The translations under genes and the position numbers were made by a program. A stretch of 64,000 nucleotides of DNA from an uncultured Actinomycetes bacterium (GTDB taxonomy: Bacteria; Actinomycetota; Acidimicrobiia; IMCC26256; PALSA-555). Below, one piece after another: positions 38,909-49,513 of the stretch (its first letter is position 1; each line of letters starts with the position of its first letter). Under the pieces are notes generated by a model, which was not told the origin of the DNA, made no database searches, and saw only the letters and a program-made list of their open reading frames with translations. Location of the stretch: assembly GCA_963731625.1 (NCBI GenBank), contig CAVSWH010000023.1, positions 17,430 to 81,429 on the forward strand, written 5' to 3'.

Positions 38909-39622
38909 TCAGTGGCCCGCGATCTGACCGCCGTCGATATGCAGCGTCTCGCCCGTGATGAAGGGTGCGGACTCCAGGAAGAGGATGCCGTTGACCACGT
39001 CGCTGACTTGTCCCACATGCCCAAGAGGGTGGAGCGCCGCGAGGCCGTCGTAGCTTTCGGGCGGATTGTCCGGTGTTTGGATGATGCCTGGGGACACCAC
39101 GTTCACCCGGATGCCCCGAGAGGCGTATTCGATCGCCAGTGACCTCGTCGCGGAAGCGAGGCCGCCCTTGGTGAGCGCGGTCAGGACCGAGGGCACCTCG
39201 GAGTTCGCGTAGTCGGCGAGAGTGGTTGAGATGTTGACGATATGGCCGCGGCGTCGCTTGAGCATCTCGGCGATCGCTCGCTGCGTCAACCTGAAGAAGC
39301 CGGTGAGGTTGACGCTGACCGCTCTCGAGTAGTCGTCGTCCGTGTAGTCGGTGAACGGCTTCGACATGAAGACGCCCGCGTCGTTGATGAGGGTATCGAG
39401 TCGCCCGAATCGCTCGACTGCTCCGACGATGATTCGGTCCACAGTGCTCGGGTCTGCGACGTCGCCGTCGACGGTCAGAACGCCTGGGTCGTCGGAAGGC
39501 CGAATCGTTCGAGAATTAGCGACCACCGCCCAGCCTCGCTCGCGATACGCGGCCACGGCACCGGCGCCGATCCCCTGAGAGCCTCCCGTGATGATGGCCA
39601 CCTTCTGCTCCTCATCGCCCAT
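38909..39622 (-). CDS. SDR oxidoreductase
   Basis: TGGSQGIG, NLTGFF and IRVNVVSPG motifs; the YxxxK site reads TALTK. Confidence 0.92.
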   Translation of the reverse strand: MGDEEQKVAIITGGSQGIGAGAVAAYRERGWAVVANSRTIRPSDDPGVLTVDGDVADPSTVDRIIVGAVERFGRLDTLINDAGVFMSKPFTDYTDDDYSRAVSVNLTGFFRLTQRAIAEMLKRRRGHIVNISTTLADYANSEVPSVLTALTKGGLASATRSLAIEYASRGIRVNVVSPGIIQTPDNPPESYDGLAALHPLGHVGQVSDVVNGILFLESAPFITGETLHIDGGQIAGH

Positions 39623-39825
39623 GAGTCTCCTCTCGCTGGTTGGTCGAAGTACGGCCCGTTCGTCTCAGGGGCGCCCGCGACCGCGTTGAGACGAGACGGT
39701 CGCGTGCGGAGACCATCGAGGCAAGCACCCTCGGAACCGGCGGCGGCGTCGCGCCCGGCCAACCGCGCCGCGGTCGCCTCGCCCTCTTGGACGAACCCGA
39801 TTTTCAGCCGCCCGGCATGCGAGAT

Positions 39826-39852
39826 GACTCGCGGTTTGCTAGATCGCGAGTC
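39826..39852. repeat. 27-bp palindrome
   Basis: gactcgcg-gtttgctagat-cgcgagtc. Confidence 0.95.
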
Positions 39853-39890
39853 GGTCGACGTCGAAGAGATGCACCGTGTGGGGCGGCGCC

Positions 39891-41090
39891 TCAGAGGAAG
39901 CGCCAGCGTCGTCTCGGACGCGCAACCCGCTGGTCGAGCTGTTGGGGCAGCGTGAATGGTGGGCGATCACCGCTCCGGTTGGCGACGAGGTAAGTCCGCA
40001 GGATCTGGACGACTGTCCAGCTCATGAGCGCGCGGACGATTCGGTGATGGTTCTCCGCTTGGCCGACCTGCCGTAGCGTTCGCCGGAGGGGCCAGATGAG
40101 GATGCGAGTCCAGCCGGGGCTCGTCACACCGTTGATGCGCGCGATCTCGGGACCGCAGTACCAGGTGACGAGCGTCCTTGGGAGGCTGTGTAGCAGCGGG
40201 GGCATGCTCCGCTCGAGCGCGCCGGTCAGGGCACGACCGAGGACGAGTGCGTCGTCGCTTGGCCGATGCTGTCGGCGTCGGATGAGGGCCTGGAGTTCGC
40301 GGGCGTCGTCGAGTCCGATGGGCAGGAGATCGGGCCGGATCCCGAGGAGCGCGGCCGCGACGCACCACGTGTGCACGTAGGCCTCGGCGTCGGCCCGCTC
40401 GTAGCCGATTCCCTGACGGTCGAGTGTGTCGAGCACAACGGTGCTGAAGCTGAGCAACGTGCCGAGGAGGTCCTCTTGGTTGAGCGGCACGCCCGCCGTC
40501 ACGTTCCACGACCGACCCGGTGCCTCGACGGTGCTCTGCTGGACCGTCGGGTCGTGCTGGATCAGGTAGCGCACCGCCGCGTGCATGAGCCGGACTCGCC
40601 GGATGTCCTGGTAGCCGTGGCCCGCACCCGGGACGAGGCCACCGCGCGACACGGTGTCGAACACCATCTGGGCCGTCTCGTTGATGCGTCGCACGGGGTC
40701 GGTCACCATCTCGGCGGTCAGCATGAGGACCCGCGCGCCGCGGGCGGCGGCGTACGCCTCGGGAAGCGACGCGCAGAACAGTGCCGAGCCGATGGTCACG
40801 CCGCGGCTGTCGAAGAAGCTCGCGCTGCGCTCCATCAGGGCCGGGTCGGCCCAGTCGGGCAATGGTGGGGTGTCGGCGAGATACGCGTCGATGGGCGGCG
40901 ACCGCTGCTCGGGGGGCAGCACAAGATGGGCGGCGATGCCGCCGACGAGCGATGCGGCGTCGTCCGTGGGCTGGCACTTGGCGTGCTCGGCGACGACCTC
41001 GTCGGCTGTGGGGTCCCCCACGAAGCTCAGCTCGTCGAGGAGCGCGTCGGTGATGTGACGGGGAGAGCCGCCGCCCTCGGCGGTCGTCAT
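39891..41090 (-). CDS. MpaB/Lcp-like heme oxygenase (DUF2236)
   Basis: GDP.AD, SLP..YA, RR..ET, VRLMHAAVR and PLNQED motifs; ATGA overlap with the upstream gene. Confidence 0.88.
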   Translation of the reverse strand: MTTAEGGGSPRHITDALLDELSFVGDPTADEVVAEHAKCQPTDDAASLVGGIAAHLVLPPEQRSPPIDAYLADTPPLPDWADPALMERSASFFDSRGVTIGSALFCASLPEAYAAARGARVLMLTAEMVTDPVRRINETAQMVFDTVSRGGLVPGAGHGYQDIRRVRLMHAAVRYLIQHDPTVQQSTVEAPGRSWNVTAGVPLNQEDLLGTLLSFSTVVLDTLDRQGIGYERADAEAYVHTWCVAAALLGIRPDLLPIGLDDARELQALIRRRQHRPSDDALVLGRALTGALERSMPPLLHSLPRTLVTWYCGPEIARINGVTSPGWTRILIWPLRRTLRQVGQAENHHRIVRALMSWTVVQILRTYLVANRSGDRPPFTLPQQLDQRVARPRRRWRFL

Positions 41091-43204
41091 CGCTCGTACT
41101 GCTCGATGAACCAGCCGTGGTCCTCGCCGGGCACCCGTTCGGGCGAGCCGCTCAGGGCCCGAGCTGCTTGCATGCCCGACATCACGGCGGCCTCGACGCA
41201 CCCGAGGTCGAGGCCGGTGTGGGTCCAGTCTCCGGCCAGCCAGAGGTTGTCCCACCCGGACTCGTGGGCTGCGAGCCGCGTCTTCGTCGAGCCGGCGGGG
41301 GTCAGCACGTAGCGCTCGGTGAGCGGGAAGTTGGCGCGCCAGAACTGCGCGTCGAACCGAGCTTCGGCGGTGGCGTCGTCGGGGGCGGCCAACAACTGCC
41401 AGTCGAAGGTGCCGTCGTGCGCGGCGTCGGGCCAGAGCCCCGCAGCGGATCGGCGCAGGAAGTCGAGCGCGGAGTCTTTGGCCCGTTGGGTCGCACGTTC
41501 TTCGGTGTCGGCGTCGACGTGGGGGAGGACACCACAGAGATAGGCGATGCTTTGGATGCCGGCTTCGGGAGGCCATGTCTCGGCAGGGAGCAGGTGGCTC
41601 ATGTCGGCGTAGGTGTCGAGTGCTTCGACGTAGGTGGAGGAGACGTCGGAGCCGAATTGCCAGCCGAGACCGGATGGGGGGACCCGGAGCCACAGCTGGA
41701 TGCCTTGGGTCATGACGGTGGTCGCTCCCTCGAGCATCCGCGCGAACTGTGGGCGTGTGCGGTCGGCGACGAGGGCACCGCAGATCGGCGGAAGCGCCGC
41801 GACCGAGATGGCGAGCACGACCTCGTCGAAGTCTCGGCTGACCACGAGTTCGCGTGGCTCCGGGTTCGGACCGTCGCCGAGCTCGAAGTCGACGCCCGCC
41901 GCCTGGAGGGCGGACCCGTCGACCAGGAGGTCCCAGCGCGGCTGCGTGGGCCAGCACGGGAGCCCCTGCACCTCGATGAGCGGGTCGTAGCCGTCCGCCC
42001 CGGCGCGGGCCTGTCGCACCAGCCGGATCCGCTCGATCGACCCCTCCTCGCCGGGCGCCACGTCGGTGACGCGGTGGAAGAACTCGAATCGGACCCCGCG
42101 GCGCCGCAGCACCTCGAACAGCGGCGCGATGACGGCATCGCCCATCCCGGCCTGCATCCGATACAGCAGTGAGCCCTTGTAGCCGAGCTCCTGGCGCAGC
42201 ATGCCGCGGACGGACATCCCCGCGGCGACGTTGGGGCGGTTGGTGTCGCCTTCGAGGAACGCGAACGCGCCGCAGTACCAGGCGCGCACCATCGGACCGG
42301 CCAGTGTCACTGGCTGGGCGCCGTGCGCCGCAAGCCAATCCCGCAGCTCGAGGTCATCGAGGATCTCGAAGCCCCGCTCGTGCACGCGGTCGTGCACGAC
42401 GCCGACGAACAGGCTGACGATGAGATCGAAGCGCGTGAACCAGTTCCGCAGGACCGGGTCCTCGAGGCGAGGCGCCATCTCATGGTCCCAGACCCAGGTC
42501 CGGAAGTGGTGCAGCAGCTTGGCGAGCGTCCCCCGATGGGACTCCTCGTCGGGCGTCTCGGGATGGTGGTGGCGCAGCGTGGCGATCGCGTGCGCCACGT
42601 GGAGCAGGACGTCTTCACCCGCGTGGACGATGCCCTCGATCCCGAGGCCGAGGTCATGCCCGAGGTCCCTCGCCCAGCCGTGGTCGGGGTGCGGCTCGGC
42701 GGGTGGGACCGCGCCGTCGCGCCGCAGCGTACGCCGCTCGTCGATGACGAAGGTGAGCGACCGCCACACCATCTGCCAGAAGCCCGGGATCGGTTGACCG
42801 TCGCCCGGGACTTGGTCGTTCGGTGGGAAGTCGAGCGTGAGGGGCGTCCAGGACCCGCCGTAGTCGTCCCAGAGGATTCCCGAATCGCTCGGCTTGAACG
42901 CGTCCTGCACGGTCGCGAGGGGCGCCGACGCGGGGCGGTTGAGCTCGGCGTAACAGCGGCGCATCAGCGCGAAGGCGTTCTCGTAGAGGCCGAACCACAG
43001 GTGGAGGCCGTGCTCCTCGATCCGGTTGCCCGCGGCGGCGTTGCGTCCGCTGGCGCACTTGCCGCCGGCCCGCCACCCGTGCTGGTACACGGTGATCTCG
43101 TACTGGTCGCGCGCCTCGGGTGTGCTGGTGAGCTCGTACGCGGTCGTGAGGCCGGCCATGCCGGCGCCCAGGATCGCCACCCGGGTCTTCGTTGTGTCAG
43201 TCAC
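41087..43204 (-). CDS. FAD-dependent oxidoreductase (phytoene-desaturase-like, COG3349 type)
   Basis: ILGAGMAGL, GWR.GGK.ASGR, EEHGLH.WFG.Y.NAF and LAGDWT..G...GCVEAA motifs. Confidence 0.88.
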   Translation of the reverse strand: MTDTTKTRVAILGAGMAGLTTAYELTSTPEARDQYEITVYQHGWRAGGKCASGRNAAAGNRIEEHGLHLWFGLYENAFALMRRCYAELNRPASAPLATVQDAFKPSDSGILWDDYGGSWTPLTLDFPPNDQVPGDGQPIPGFWQMVWRSLTFVIDERRTLRRDGAVPPAEPHPDHGWARDLGHDLGLGIEGIVHAGEDVLLHVAHAIATLRHHHPETPDEESHRGTLAKLLHHFRTWVWDHEMAPRLEDPVLRNWFTRFDLIVSLFVGVVHDRVHERGFEILDDLELRDWLAAHGAQPVTLAGPMVRAWYCGAFAFLEGDTNRPNVAAGMSVRGMLRQELGYKGSLLYRMQAGMGDAVIAPLFEVLRRRGVRFEFFHRVTDVAPGEEGSIERIRLVRQARAGADGYDPLIEVQGLPCWPTQPRWDLLVDGSALQAAGVDFELGDGPNPEPRELVVSRDFDEVVLAISVAALPPICGALVADRTRPQFARMLEGATTVMTQGIQLWLRVPPSGLGWQFGSDVSSTYVEALDTYADMSHLLPAETWPPEAGIQSIAYLCGVLPHVDADTEERATQRAKDSALDFLRRSAAGLWPDAAHDGTFDWQLLAAPDDATAEARFDAQFWRANFPLTERYVLTPAGSTKTRLAAHESGWDNLWLAGDWTHTGLDLGCVEAAVMSGMQAARALSGSPERVPGEDHGWFIEQYER

Positions 43205-43228
43205 CCCTGTCCCTCTTCGCAGTCGTGG

Positions 43229-46200
43229 TCAGTGCAGCTCTGGGCTCGCCTCGCGGATGGCGCGTGCCCTCGTGGAGACGGGCGCGTACGACACCCGGTC
43301 GGCCTCGGCGATGCTGCGGTCGAGGAGCTGACGGGCGCGGCCTCGGTCGGACGGGTCACCACGACGCAGGAGGGTCCGAGCCAGGTCGAGTCGGGTCAAC
43401 GCGAGCAACGCCGGGGCGCGCAGCCGCTCGTGGACGGCCTCGGCCTCGACGAAGTAGCGCTCCGCATCGTCGTACGCGCCGAGCGTCAGCGACAGCAGGC
43501 CGCAGTGACGCGCGACCGAGCCGAGCGTGGTCGCCATGCTGAACGACACTTGATGATGCCAGGGCCGCATCCACTCGAGCAGTACCTGGGCGGTGGGCCG
43601 CTCGTCCAGGTACTCGCAGATCTCGGCGTAGCCGGCCATGGCGATGAGCCCGTACCGGTCGTCGGACAGGCGCGGGAGGTCCGTCGGCGCAATCCGGTCG
43701 AACGTGGCGCGTGCGTCGTCGGTGCGGCCGAGCCGGCAGTACGCCATGCAGAGCACGGCCTTCACCTGCGCCATGGCATCGGGTCGGTTGCCGTAGCGCT
43801 CCCACTGGGGCAACAGCTCGTCGAGGCGACCTTGCGTCTCCCGCGCCGCGAAGATCTGAGCGGCATAGGTGCTGCGCGCTTCGGGGACACCGCTCGCGAC
43901 GCCGATCTCGAATGCCTGCGTGCCTAGCCGTTCTGCCTCGGCGAATGCCCCGGCGAGGGACGCCCGCCACGCTCGCGTGGTGAGCACCAGGTGGCGAAGG
44001 AACGGCTGTCGGACGACGTCGCTGACTTCTCTCGCGGTGGTGATCGCGGCATCGACGCCGTCGATGTCGCCGACCCCGAGGCACGCGTTCGCGCGGTAGA
44101 CCGCTGCGAACAGCGACCCGATCGGGTCGTCGAGCCGCTCGGCCAGGGCGAGCTGCTCGCCGCTGTTGGCGAGGCACTCGTCGAGCGTGTCCGGGGCGAC
44201 GATCGTGAGGAACCGCCGCGCCAGCGTGGAGAGGAGCGTCTGATCGTCGCCCGCGGCGCGGGCGATCACCAGCGCTTCGTCCGCGAGCGCTCGAGTCCGC
44301 GCGCGGTCGGGGTCGAAGGTCAGCTCAGCGGCGAGCGTGGCGAGCAAGCGAGCCTTGACGAGCGGCTGCGCACCCGCCGATGACGACAGGGCGGCCTCGA
44401 GCATCGCGACGCGCTCTCGGTCCACGAGCCCGATGACGCCTTCGTAGCCGCGGTGGTTCGCGAGCACCGCCCGGATCAACAGGTCGCTGTTTCCTTGCGT
44501 GCGGGCCGACGCGGCGGCTTCGAGGAGCGTGTCGCGATAGCCGCGACGCCCGGCTTGCCGCTGGGCGTCGCCGAGGCCGACGAGCACTTCGGTGCGCAGG
44601 GGATCGGACGAGGCGCCGCCCGCGGGGAGCCGATCGAGTGCCGCCTCGAACCACTGGACGCTGTCGTCGGGAGCGAACCGCTCGAGGGAGAGCTCACCGG
44701 CCCGGATCGCGTAGCGGATCGCCTTCTCGGGGTCGGCGTCGCCCGCCGCGAGCCACGCGCGCGCCAGGTCGTCGGCGCGGGCGTCGGGGTCGTCGGCACT
44801 GAGCTGCTCGAGGGTCCGGGCGATGCGGACGCGCCACCGGTGCTGCCGGGTTGGACCGAACTGCTCGCAGAGGCTCTGGTGCACGATCGAGTGGGTGAAC
44901 GCGAATTCGCCGAGGCGCTCGGTTGACTCGTCGACGAGCGCCGCGGTTCCGGCTGCTTCGAGGTCCTCGAGCACGTCGACCTCCGGTTGCGCGACCACGG
45001 CCGTGAGGAGGTCGAGGTCGAACTCCCGGCCGATGAGCGCAGCGACGGGCAGCAGACTCTCGACCTTTGGGCCGAGGTGGGCGACGCGGCGCTGCACCAG
45101 CTCGCGGACGGTGTCAGGCACGCCGAGCCGGGCGAGGGACACCCCGTCGTCCATATGAGCGGCGTCGCTCAGCTGCTTGGTGGTCACGAGGTGGCGCAGC
45201 ACCTCACGCGCCAGGAAGGGATTGCCGTTGGTGTCGCGGTGGATCAGCGACGCGACGCGGTCCGCCGCTGCCGGGTCGTCGCAGCGCTCTCGGGTCAGTG
45301 TGAGCACCGCGTCTCGATCGAGCCCGTGCAGGTGGATGCGTTCGCTGACGGTGGGGCTGAGGTCGGAGACGAGCCGAGCGAGCGGGTCGTCGGGCCCGAT
45401 GTCGGTGTCGCGGTAAGTCGCCAGCACGAGGATCGGGTGGGGACGCGCCGTCGTGAAGAGGTAGCGAAGGAGCTGGATCGTCTGGCTGTCCGCCCAGTGC
45501 AGATCTTCCAGCAGCAGCACCAGCGGCTGGTCGTCCGCCTCGAGCCCCAAGAGATGGGCCACGGCACCGAACAGGAGGTACGGATCGGTCCCGGAGCTCA
45601 CGGCGACCGCCTCGGGGGCGATGCCCGTGCGCCGTGCCAGGTCAGGCACGAGGCGCGCGAGCTGTGCTCCGTGGTTCGCCACGTGCACGGCCAGCGCGTC
45701 GGTCGGGAGGTGGTCGATGAGCGCGCCGAGCGCCCGGACGAATGGCTGGTACGCGATGCCGATCGCGTCGTCGGCTTGGCCGTACGCGACGGAGGCGCCT
45801 CGACCGTGGAGCCGGCGGGCGGCACCGGCGACGAGCGTCGTCTTGCCGATGCCGGGGCTGCCGACCACGAACACGGCGTGGGGGACACCGTCGGTGCGAG
45901 TTCGCTCGTACGCGTCCCCGATCGCGTCGAGCTCGCGGTCGCGGCCCAGCATCGGGTCGCTCGGCGCCTCCACGGCCGGCGGGAGCGGCAGCACGCCGCC
46001 GCCACCAACCGCGCGCTCCGGGGCGACGCCGAGCAGCCCGGAGCCGACGACGGCGAAGATGCGCTCTGGCCGGCCGAGTCCGGCGAGCTTGCGCGTGCCG
46101 AGCTCGACGAACGAGACGCTGCTGGTCAGCTGTCCCTCCACCAGCTCTGCGGTTGTCTGGCTGACGAGCACCTGGTTGCCGAGCGCGAGGCCCCGGATCC

Positions 46201-46597
46201 GCGCGGCACGGTTGACGGTCGACCCGTAGTAGTCCAATTCTCGGGGGATGGCCTCACCGGTGTGGATCCCGGCGCGGACGAGGATGCGCGCACCCGTGGG
46301 CCACGGCTCGTGGGTCAGCGCACGTTGGAGCTCCACGCTGGCGGCGACGGCGTCGACCGCCGACCCGAAGACGGAGAAGCTGCTGTCGCCTTCGCCGCGT
46401 GGGCGGATCCGCTCGCCGCGGTGCTGTCCCACGATGTCGTCCACGAGTTCGTCGTGGCGACGCAGTGCACGCTCCATCGCCTCGGGTGCGGTGTCCCAGA
46501 GTGCGGTGGAGCCGACGATGTCGGTGAGCATGAAGCTGAGGATCTGGGTGCCCACCGCGTCGTCGCTCGGGGCCGGGCCGGGGTGTGTCGCGGTCAC
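43229..46597 (-). CDS. Class III adenylate/guanylate cyclase - STAND AAA ATPase - TPR protein
   Basis: TDIVGST, GEGDS, R.GIHTGE and VNRAAR cyclase motifs; GSPGIGKT Walker A, LLLEDLHWAD, GNPF; helical C-terminus. Confidence 0.92.
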   Translation of the reverse strand: MTATHPGPAPSDDAVGTQILSFMLTDIVGSTALWDTAPEAMERALRRHDELVDDIVGQHRGERIRPRGEGDSSFSVFGSAVDAVAASVELQRALTHEPWPTGARILVRAGIHTGEAIPRELDYYGSTVNRAARIRGLALGNQVLVSQTTAELVEGQLTSSVSFVELGTRKLAGLGRPERIFAVVGSGLLGVAPERAVGGGGVLPLPPAVEAPSDPMLGRDRELDAIGDAYERTRTDGVPHAVFVVGSPGIGKTTLVAGAARRLHGRGASVAYGQADDAIGIAYQPFVRALGALIDHLPTDALAVHVANHGAQLARLVPDLARRTGIAPEAVAVSSGTDPYLLFGAVAHLLGLEADDQPLVLLLEDLHWADSQTIQLLRYLFTTARPHPILVLATYRDTDIGPDDPLARLVSDLSPTVSERIHLHGLDRDAVLTLTRERCDDPAAADRVASLIHRDTNGNPFLAREVLRHLVTTKQLSDAAHMDDGVSLARLGVPDTVRELVQRRVAHLGPKVESLLPVAALIGREFDLDLLTAVVAQPEVDVLEDLEAAGTAALVDESTERLGEFAFTHSIVHQSLCEQFGPTRQHRWRVRIARTLEQLSADDPDARADDLARAWLAAGDADPEKAIRYAIRAGELSLERFAPDDSVQWFEAALDRLPAGGASSDPLRTEVLVGLGDAQRQAGRRGYRDTLLEAAASARTQGNSDLLIRAVLANHRGYEGVIGLVDRERVAMLEAALSSSAGAQPLVKARLLATLAAELTFDPDRARTRALADEALVIARAAGDDQTLLSTLARRFLTIVAPDTLDECLANSGEQLALAERLDDPIGSLFAAVYRANACLGVGDIDGVDAAITTAREVSDVVRQPFLRHLVLTTRAWRASLAGAFAEAERLGTQAFEIGVASGVPEARSTYAAQIFAARETQGRLDELLPQWERYGNRPDAMAQVKAVLCMAYCRLGRTDDARATFDRIAPTDLPRLSDDRYGLIAMAGYAEICEYLDERPTAQVLLEWMRPWHHQVSFSMATTLGSVARHCGLLSLTLGAYDDAERYFVEAEAVHERLRAPALLALTRLDLARTLLRRGDPSDRGRARQLLDRSIAEADRVSYAPVSTRARAIREASPELH

Positions 46598-47391
46598 GTC
46601 AACGACTGGATGACGTGGGCCACGTCGTGGTCCTCCGTCGGGGCCACGACGCGGCGCAGCACCTGGCGCAGGGCGGGGTCCGGTTCGATCAGGTGCCGGG
46701 CGTGTCGCGCCGCCCGCCGGTCGGCGGCGACGACGGCGGACGTGTGCTCCTCGGGTACGAGCGGCGCCAGCTTCTCAGCCAGCCGCCAGGCGTCCAACCG
46801 CACCTGGTGGATCCAGAGCGCGATGAGCTGCTGCCCGAAGGGGTCCGCGGGAACGAGCGGCGCGAGCGGTGACACCCGGTGCATCTCCCGGCTCGTCCGG
46901 GGGAGGAGCCGGACCAGGATGGCGTTGATGGCCCCGAAGTCGGACCGCAGCTCGGCCAAACGTGGCCCCGGTGCGACGATCGAAGCCACGACACCCAGAT
47001 CCAGCCGAATGTGGGCATTGATCCCAAGGAAGAGGTGCTGGATGACGCTCAGGTCGCGCCGGTCGCTCGCCTCGAAGGCGAGCCGCCACGACTCGGTCGG
47101 GGCCTCGCCGGCCCGGTGCTGGTCGAGGGCATCGAAGAAGCGCTGCGCGAACCGGACGTCGAACTCGGCGACCCGGGCGCTGTCGGCGAACGACCCCGCG
47201 GCGATGTCGCCGCGGATGGTCACCGTCACCCGCCGATAGACGGCGGCGAAGTAGCCGATACGGCTATTGGTGTCCGACGCCCACTCGAGGACGTCGTTCA
47301 GCCTCCAGATGACCCGATCGACCGACGCCACCGGATCGGCGGCGATGCCCGCCGGGTCCCCCGAGGCGCGGTCCTGCGCACCTGCCGCCAC
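46594..47391 (-). CDS. DUF5995 family protein
   Basis: GYFAAVY.RVT, F..RF, and GINAHI..DL motifs. Confidence 0.8.
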   Translation of the reverse strand: MAAGAQDRASGDPAGIAADPVASVDRVIWRLNDVLEWASDTNSRIGYFAAVYRRVTVTIRGDIAAGSFADSARVAEFDVRFAQRFFDALDQHRAGEAPTESWRLAFEASDRRDLSVIQHLFLGINAHIRLDLGVVASIVAPGPRLAELRSDFGAINAILVRLLPRTSREMHRVSPLAPLVPADPFGQQLIALWIHQVRLDAWRLAEKLAPLVPEEHTSAVVAADRRAARHARHLIEPDPALRQVLRRVVAPTEDHDVAHVIQSLT

Positions 47392-47581
47392 GGGTCCAGC
47401 ATGACCTGTTGACCGTGGTCATGCCACGGCCGCGCCGCCACGCCCGGCGACGCCGAGCCGTGCCCTCCCGATGTGGCGGGCCAGGTCCGGCAGCGACGCC
47501 GCCTGCGCCGCCGGTGCTGCCGGCCTGACCACCGACGCCGGGGTTCACGATGGGGTGGAAGGCGCCGCTTGCCGACCGCAG

Positions 47582-47608
47582 GACTCGCGATTCGGTAGAC
47601 CGCGAGTC
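47582..47608. repeat. 27-bp palindrome
   Basis: gactcgcg-attcggtagac-cgcgagtc. Confidence 0.95.
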
Positions 47609-47753
47609 GCGGGCGACGACTGGCCGTTCGAGGCCGGTACGCGAGATCGCGGCCCCGCACCTGTCCTGGCCGGCGGCGGGCCGCACCCGGAGACGCGCCG
47701 GTGATCGAGCCTTAGAGTGCGTCACCGAGCAGTCTGATCGGAAGGGGCAAGCC

Positions 47754-48056
47754 TTGCATGTCGCCGAATTCACGCTGCACGCGAAGCCGGGGCATTACCG
47801 AGCGGTCGCCGAGCTGTATTCCGTCTTCGCGGCGGAGTTCCTCTCCGAGCATGAAGCGCTCGAGACGGTGCTCATCGTCGGCGACGAAGGATCCGGAGTG
47901 GTTCGAGGCATCGGCGTGTTCACCGACCGCGAGTCCGCGGACAGCGTCAACAGCGATCCGGAGTTCGCGGCCTTCAACGACGCGGTCGGACCGCTGCTGG
48001 CCAACCCGCCCGAGCGGATCGAGCTCGAGCTGCTCCACCTGTTTTCGGGCGAGTGA
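47754..48056 (+). CDS. Small ABM-like dimeric alpha/beta-barrel protein
   Basis: TTG start after a GAAGGGG RBS; AKPG and PLLA.PP pattern. Confidence 0.65.
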   Translation: MHVAEFTLHAKPGHYRAVAELYSVFAAEFLSEHEALETVLIVGDEGSGVVRGIGVFTDRESADSVNSDPEFAAFNDAVGPLLANPPERIELELLHLFSGE

Positions 48057-48122
48057 GATCGGCGTGGCCTGCGGAACGCTGAGGGCCGTTCGGCTCGAGC
48101 ACCTCTCAGTGCCGCGAGCCCG

Positions 48123-49424
48123 TTACGGGCAGCCGCCGCCGGTCACGGTCCCGGGACGCGTGGGATCGGTCGGGTTCGGCGTCCACGTGCCGCTGCGCAC
48201 CCATTGGGGTCGGCGCCTGTCGGTGCTGCAGATGGACCAGTAGGCGTAGGGAGCCGAGGTCCGGTCTCCTGACGGGTCGAGCCGGATCGTGCCCGTGACT
48301 CCCTTGTAGCCGTTGGCCGTCCGGGCGAAGGCCGCTCGGAGGGTCGGTCCATCGACGCTGGCGCCGGTGCTGCGAAGCGTGCGAACGGCCACGTTGAACG
48401 CGTCGTATGCCGCGAGCCCGAACGCGTCGGGGGTGGCGTGTGCCCGGGTGCGGATCTGCTGGATCAGGGAGGTGTCACCGGACGCAGTCGTGGCGGGGAG
48501 CGCGACGAGCGGGCTGGGATATCCATGGACCGTCACGGCGAAGCTGGCGGCCTCCGCGCTGTCGACGAGCTGGGTCGCTTGCGCTGAGCCGTCGCCGCCG
48601 TACCAGCGCACGCTCGACAGACCGGTCATCGACTTGGCTGCGGCGAGGACGTCGGCGGTCTCCTCGAAGCCGGCGAGGTAGACGCCGACATGGCCTGCGC
48701 CGTCTTGTTTGCTGACCGCCGCGACCTGCGCGGCGACGGCCTGCAGAGCCGGGCCGAAGGAGGTCGTGTCCGGCTCGTAGCGGAAGCCCGCGCTCACTTG
48801 GATGCCGTCGGACGTGGCCGCGGATCGGACCGAGTCGGCGAGACCCTGGTTCCCGCGGTCGTCACGCCAGATCGGCACGAGGTCATGGATGCCCTGGCGG
48901 AACAAGAGGTCTGTGGTCGCCCGCCCTTCGACGTGATCGTTGGGGACGAAGCGAAAGATGTTGTCGTTCGGCATGGCCAGCGATGACGCCGTGCTGCCCT
49001 GCGACACGACCAGCACGCCTTGCGCGTTTGCCAGAGGTTGGATGGCCGCGACTTCGGAGCTCGACTGCGGGCCGATGATGATCCTGACGCCCTGCGCCGC
49101 AAGCTGCTGGAACCCTGCGACCGCTCTCGTCGGATCTTGACCGGTGTCGACGACGTCGAGCTCCACCCGCGTGGCTTGGTGCTGCTTCGTCAGCGTCTGG
49201 TTCCAGCGAGCAGTCGCCACCTCCAGCGCGGCGCGGCTCGTGTTGCCAAGACTGGAGCCTGCGCCGGTGATCGAGAGCAACGCACCGATCCGCAGCACGG
49301 TGGGCGGGTTCGTGGACTGTGCCGGCGCCGGCGCGGCGGCCACGATCCCGACGGTCAGCGCGCCGACGACGAGGAGCCCGAGCGCCGGGAGGCGGGCGGC
49401 ACGACGCTGCCGGTTGTGACTCAT
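48123..49424 (-). CDS. Branched-chain amino acid-type ABC substrate-binding protein
   Basis: Signal peptide; IGALLSITG, IIGPQSS, FRF.PND, AYDA and GVTG.I.LD..GDR motifs. Confidence 0.88.
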   Translation of the reverse strand: MSHNRQRRAARLPALGLLVVGALTVGIVAAAPAPAQSTNPPTVLRIGALLSITGAGSSLGNTSRAALEVATARWNQTLTKQHQATRVELDVVDTGQDPTRAVAGFQQLAAQGVRIIIGPQSSSEVAAIQPLANAQGVLVVSQGSTASSLAMPNDNIFRFVPNDHVEGRATTDLLFRQGIHDLVPIWRDDRGNQGLADSVRSAATSDGIQVSAGFRYEPDTTSFGPALQAVAAQVAAVSKQDGAGHVGVYLAGFEETADVLAAAKSMTGLSSVRWYGGDGSAQATQLVDSAEAASFAVTVHGYPSPLVALPATTASGDTSLIQQIRTRAHATPDAFGLAAYDAFNVAVRTLRSTGASVDGPTLRAAFARTANGYKGVTGTIRLDPSGDRTSAPYAYWSICSTDRRRPQWVRSGTWTPNPTDPTRPGTVTGGGCP

Positions 49425-49513
49425 GAACGACCCCCTCGCGGGCACGCTAGACGCGAACCGCACGTTCGTGTTTGAAGCACGTTGACGCCCTGGGTAGCGA
49501 TACCGTCTCGAAC

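Noticed and set aside
13078-39852. Classical integron attC cassette array
   Set aside because: No RYYYAAC/GTTRRRY ends, the sites are only 27 bp, genes face both directions, and no intI is present.
41091-42338. N-terminal extension of the 815-aa ORF
   Set aside because: An Arg-rich shadow frame over the upstream oxidoreductase; the real start is at 41090.
44987-47239. Long antisense ORFs, such as this 750-aa frame and many similar ones
   Set aside because: Expected in high-GC DNA opposite real genes; they carry no recognisable motifs.
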